DNA from: Bdellovibrionales bacterium
Lineage (GTDB): Bacteria > Bdellovibrionota > Bdellovibrionia > Bdellovibrionales > UBA1609
Length of the DNA stretch: 64,000 nt
Assembly (NCBI GenBank): GCA_965261545.1
Contig: CBDHDF010000006.1
Span: 160,001-224,000 of the forward strand
Reading direction: 5' to 3'
Shown: one piece after another, positions 62,518 to 64,000 of the stretch
Layout: each line of letters begins with the position of its first letter
Numbering within the stretch: position 1 is the first letter of the stretch
Translations under genes and position numbers: made by a program
Notes under the pieces: generated by a model
What the model saw: the letters and a program-made list of their open reading frames with translations, nothing else
Databases searched by the model: none
What the model was told of the DNA's origin: nothing

Positions 62518-63174
62518 TTATGCTGGGTGATGATGTGGCGAATGATAGCGAGACGTCGACATAGGCTGATCTCGATTCATTCTTATAATAAAATCAATCT
62601 CACTTATAGGTAAACTAACTTCTTTTAAAATTTTGTCTTTTGGAAGTCCCTGATAAGCCATTTTAGCAGCCTTCATGTACTTACTTTTATTTTGCCTGTC
62701 GATGATTTGATCATGGGGAATTTGATCTTGAAAAACTTCTGCAACTCCAAGATTTGATTTTTCTTGCATTTTTAAAGAAGGAGGTTTCGAGTTTAGATTT
62801 GATGAAGTCGAAAAATCTTTCTCTTGTAAATAAGTGCTTGAAGTGAGTGGAGAAGTACTTTGCGCACCTTGTGTGTTTTGAACACTCTGAGTGCTTTGCG
62901 CATTTTTTAAGTAAGCACTCCATTTGTCAGATTTACCTATGACACCTTGAAGTTCTTTCACTTTTTGATCAACAAGAGACATAGACTCTTGAACCTGGGC
63001 TTCAGTTCGATCAGAAAGGTCTTCAAGTATGGCAATTTGGCTCTTTAAGTTGTCAAGCCCTGCGCTGATATGGGGGTTCTTCTTTTGTAAGCCCCTTGTC
63101 TTTGACCACAAAATATATCCACCTAGCATGAAAGCTAAATTGAAAAAAAGTTGAATAATAAACCAATGTGGCAC
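62518..63174 (-). CDS. Hypothetical membrane-anchored coiled-coil protein with C-terminal HTH-like domain (DUF2802-like)
   Basis: N-terminal TM, coiled coil, AAKMAYQG...LPISEIDFI tail. Confidence 0.6.
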   Translation of the reverse strand: MPHWFIIQLFFNLAFMLGGYILWSKTRGLQKKNPHISAGLDNLKSQIAILEDLSDRTEAQVQESMSLVDQKVKELQGVIGKSDKWSAYLKNAQSTQSVQNTQGAQSTSPLTSSTYLQEKDFSTSSNLNSKPPSLKMQEKSNLGVAEVFQDQIPHDQIIDRQNKSKYMKAAKMAYQGLPKDKILKEVSLPISEIDFIIRMNRDQPMSTSRYHSPHHHPA

Positions 63175-63419
63175 AAAAAACCTCCGTGAGCCTCACTTAT
63201 TTCATGACTCCATTTTATACCTTTGGCCCTTGCATCACAATGAAAACTTCGCTTTCACGACAACGACTTCACTAAGGACCTATCACTCCGTATTGGGTCA
63301 TAAGTAAAATCTCTTGAAATCCGTCTCCCTTAATGGTAGCCTTGTCTTTGAGTACCTTGTCAATGGCTGTGAAAACATACATTGACTTTACTCCAAAGCA
63401 AGATGCATGATTTTTACTT

Positions 63420-64000
63420 ATGAAAAAATCTCTCCCTCCCCTTTGCTTAACCCTTGATAACGCTTTTAAAGCATTTTTTAAGCACGACCAGGGCTTACTC
63501 AAGCCTTTGTTGCAGGATTTTCTTCCCTTGCCACCCGGTTGTCGGGTGGAGCATGTGCAGTTGTTAGATGCCGAAGAAAACTCTTCAGAGGCAAGCAAAC
63601 CTTCGGGAAAGACCTTCATCTTGGACATGAAGCTTCGCATTTCTCGACAATTGTCCAGTGGGGAGTGGGTCGAAAATGAAACTGTGAATGTGGAAATGCA
63701 AACCGTCTCCCAAAGAGACTTCACAAATCGCCTTCTTGCCTATGCGGGACGGGTCTACTCCAACCAAGTGAAAGAAGGAGAAAAATACGAGAAATTAAAA
63801 ACTGTTTACTCCCTTGTTTTCAGTACTGTGGATCTTCCTGAGCTATGCAAGGACAACGATTATTACCACACATGCAGCATGAGGCAGGATAGATACCCTC
63901 ATTTGAGACTCACCGATGGTATGCAATTTGTCATTGTAGAATTGAACAAGTTCATTGGCAGATTAGACAGTCTTGTTGACCAGCGTGAAGCGTGGTGCTA
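63420..64000 (+). CDS. Rpn-family recombination-promoting nuclease / PD-(D/E)XK putative transposase, truncated by the window edge
   Basis: Hand translation: MKKSLPPLCLTLDNAFKAFF...ILDMK...NVEMQ...RLLAYAGRVYSNQVKEGEKYEKLKTVY...VELNKF. Absent from the ORF track because it has no stop in the window. Confidence 0.85.
   Translation, partial: MKKSLPPLCLTLDNAFKAFFKHDQGLLKPLLQDFLPLPPGCRVEHVQLLDAEENSSEASKPSGKTFILDMKLRISRQLSSGEWVENETVNVEMQTVSQRDFTNRLLAYAGRVYSNQVKEGEKYEKLKTVYSLVFSTVDLPELCKDNDYYHTCSMRQDRYPHLRLTDGMQFVIVELNKFIGRLDSLVDQREAWC

Noticed and set aside
63272..63724. 150-aa minus-strand ORF
   Set aside because: Antisense shadow of the Rpn gene.

Overview
Chromosomal window from a Bdellovibrionota-like bacterium. 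This is an inference from a Bd0055-type bacterial histone, a spirochete/delta/mitochondrial-type EF-G1 and Bdellovibrio-style hypothetical proteins. Bases 1-37.6 kb carry housekeeping genes (sdhCAB, etfBA, histone, groESL, comF, pstB, SPL-family radical SAM, fusA, dcd, tsaE) heavily invaded by IS elements. These are three near-identical 1913-bp IS1634-family copies with 37-, 8- and 19-bp target duplications, an IS4-family end interrupting an integrase-core transposase, and a nest at 27.4-34.8 kb (ISNCY/ISDol1-like, then IS1634, then IS21) next to an older ISNCY end. Bases 37.6-62.4 kb form a surface-glycan island with a GtrABC-like module containing a B12 radical SAM enzyme, Wzm/Wzt and GT4 genes, and a phosphoramidate cassette (Cj1418/Cj1417/Cj1416 homologues, no Cj1415). 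That cassette is coupled to a TagF-like transferase, a Thr-type LtaS/EptA-like phosphotransferase, a small YIDPGSGS membrane protein and a divergent YidC paralog, and is the best candidate for an undescribed system. An Rpn/PD-(D/E)XK gene runs off the right edge. No rRNA, tRNA or CRISPR array was seen. All family calls come from motif recognition by eye; no database search was run.
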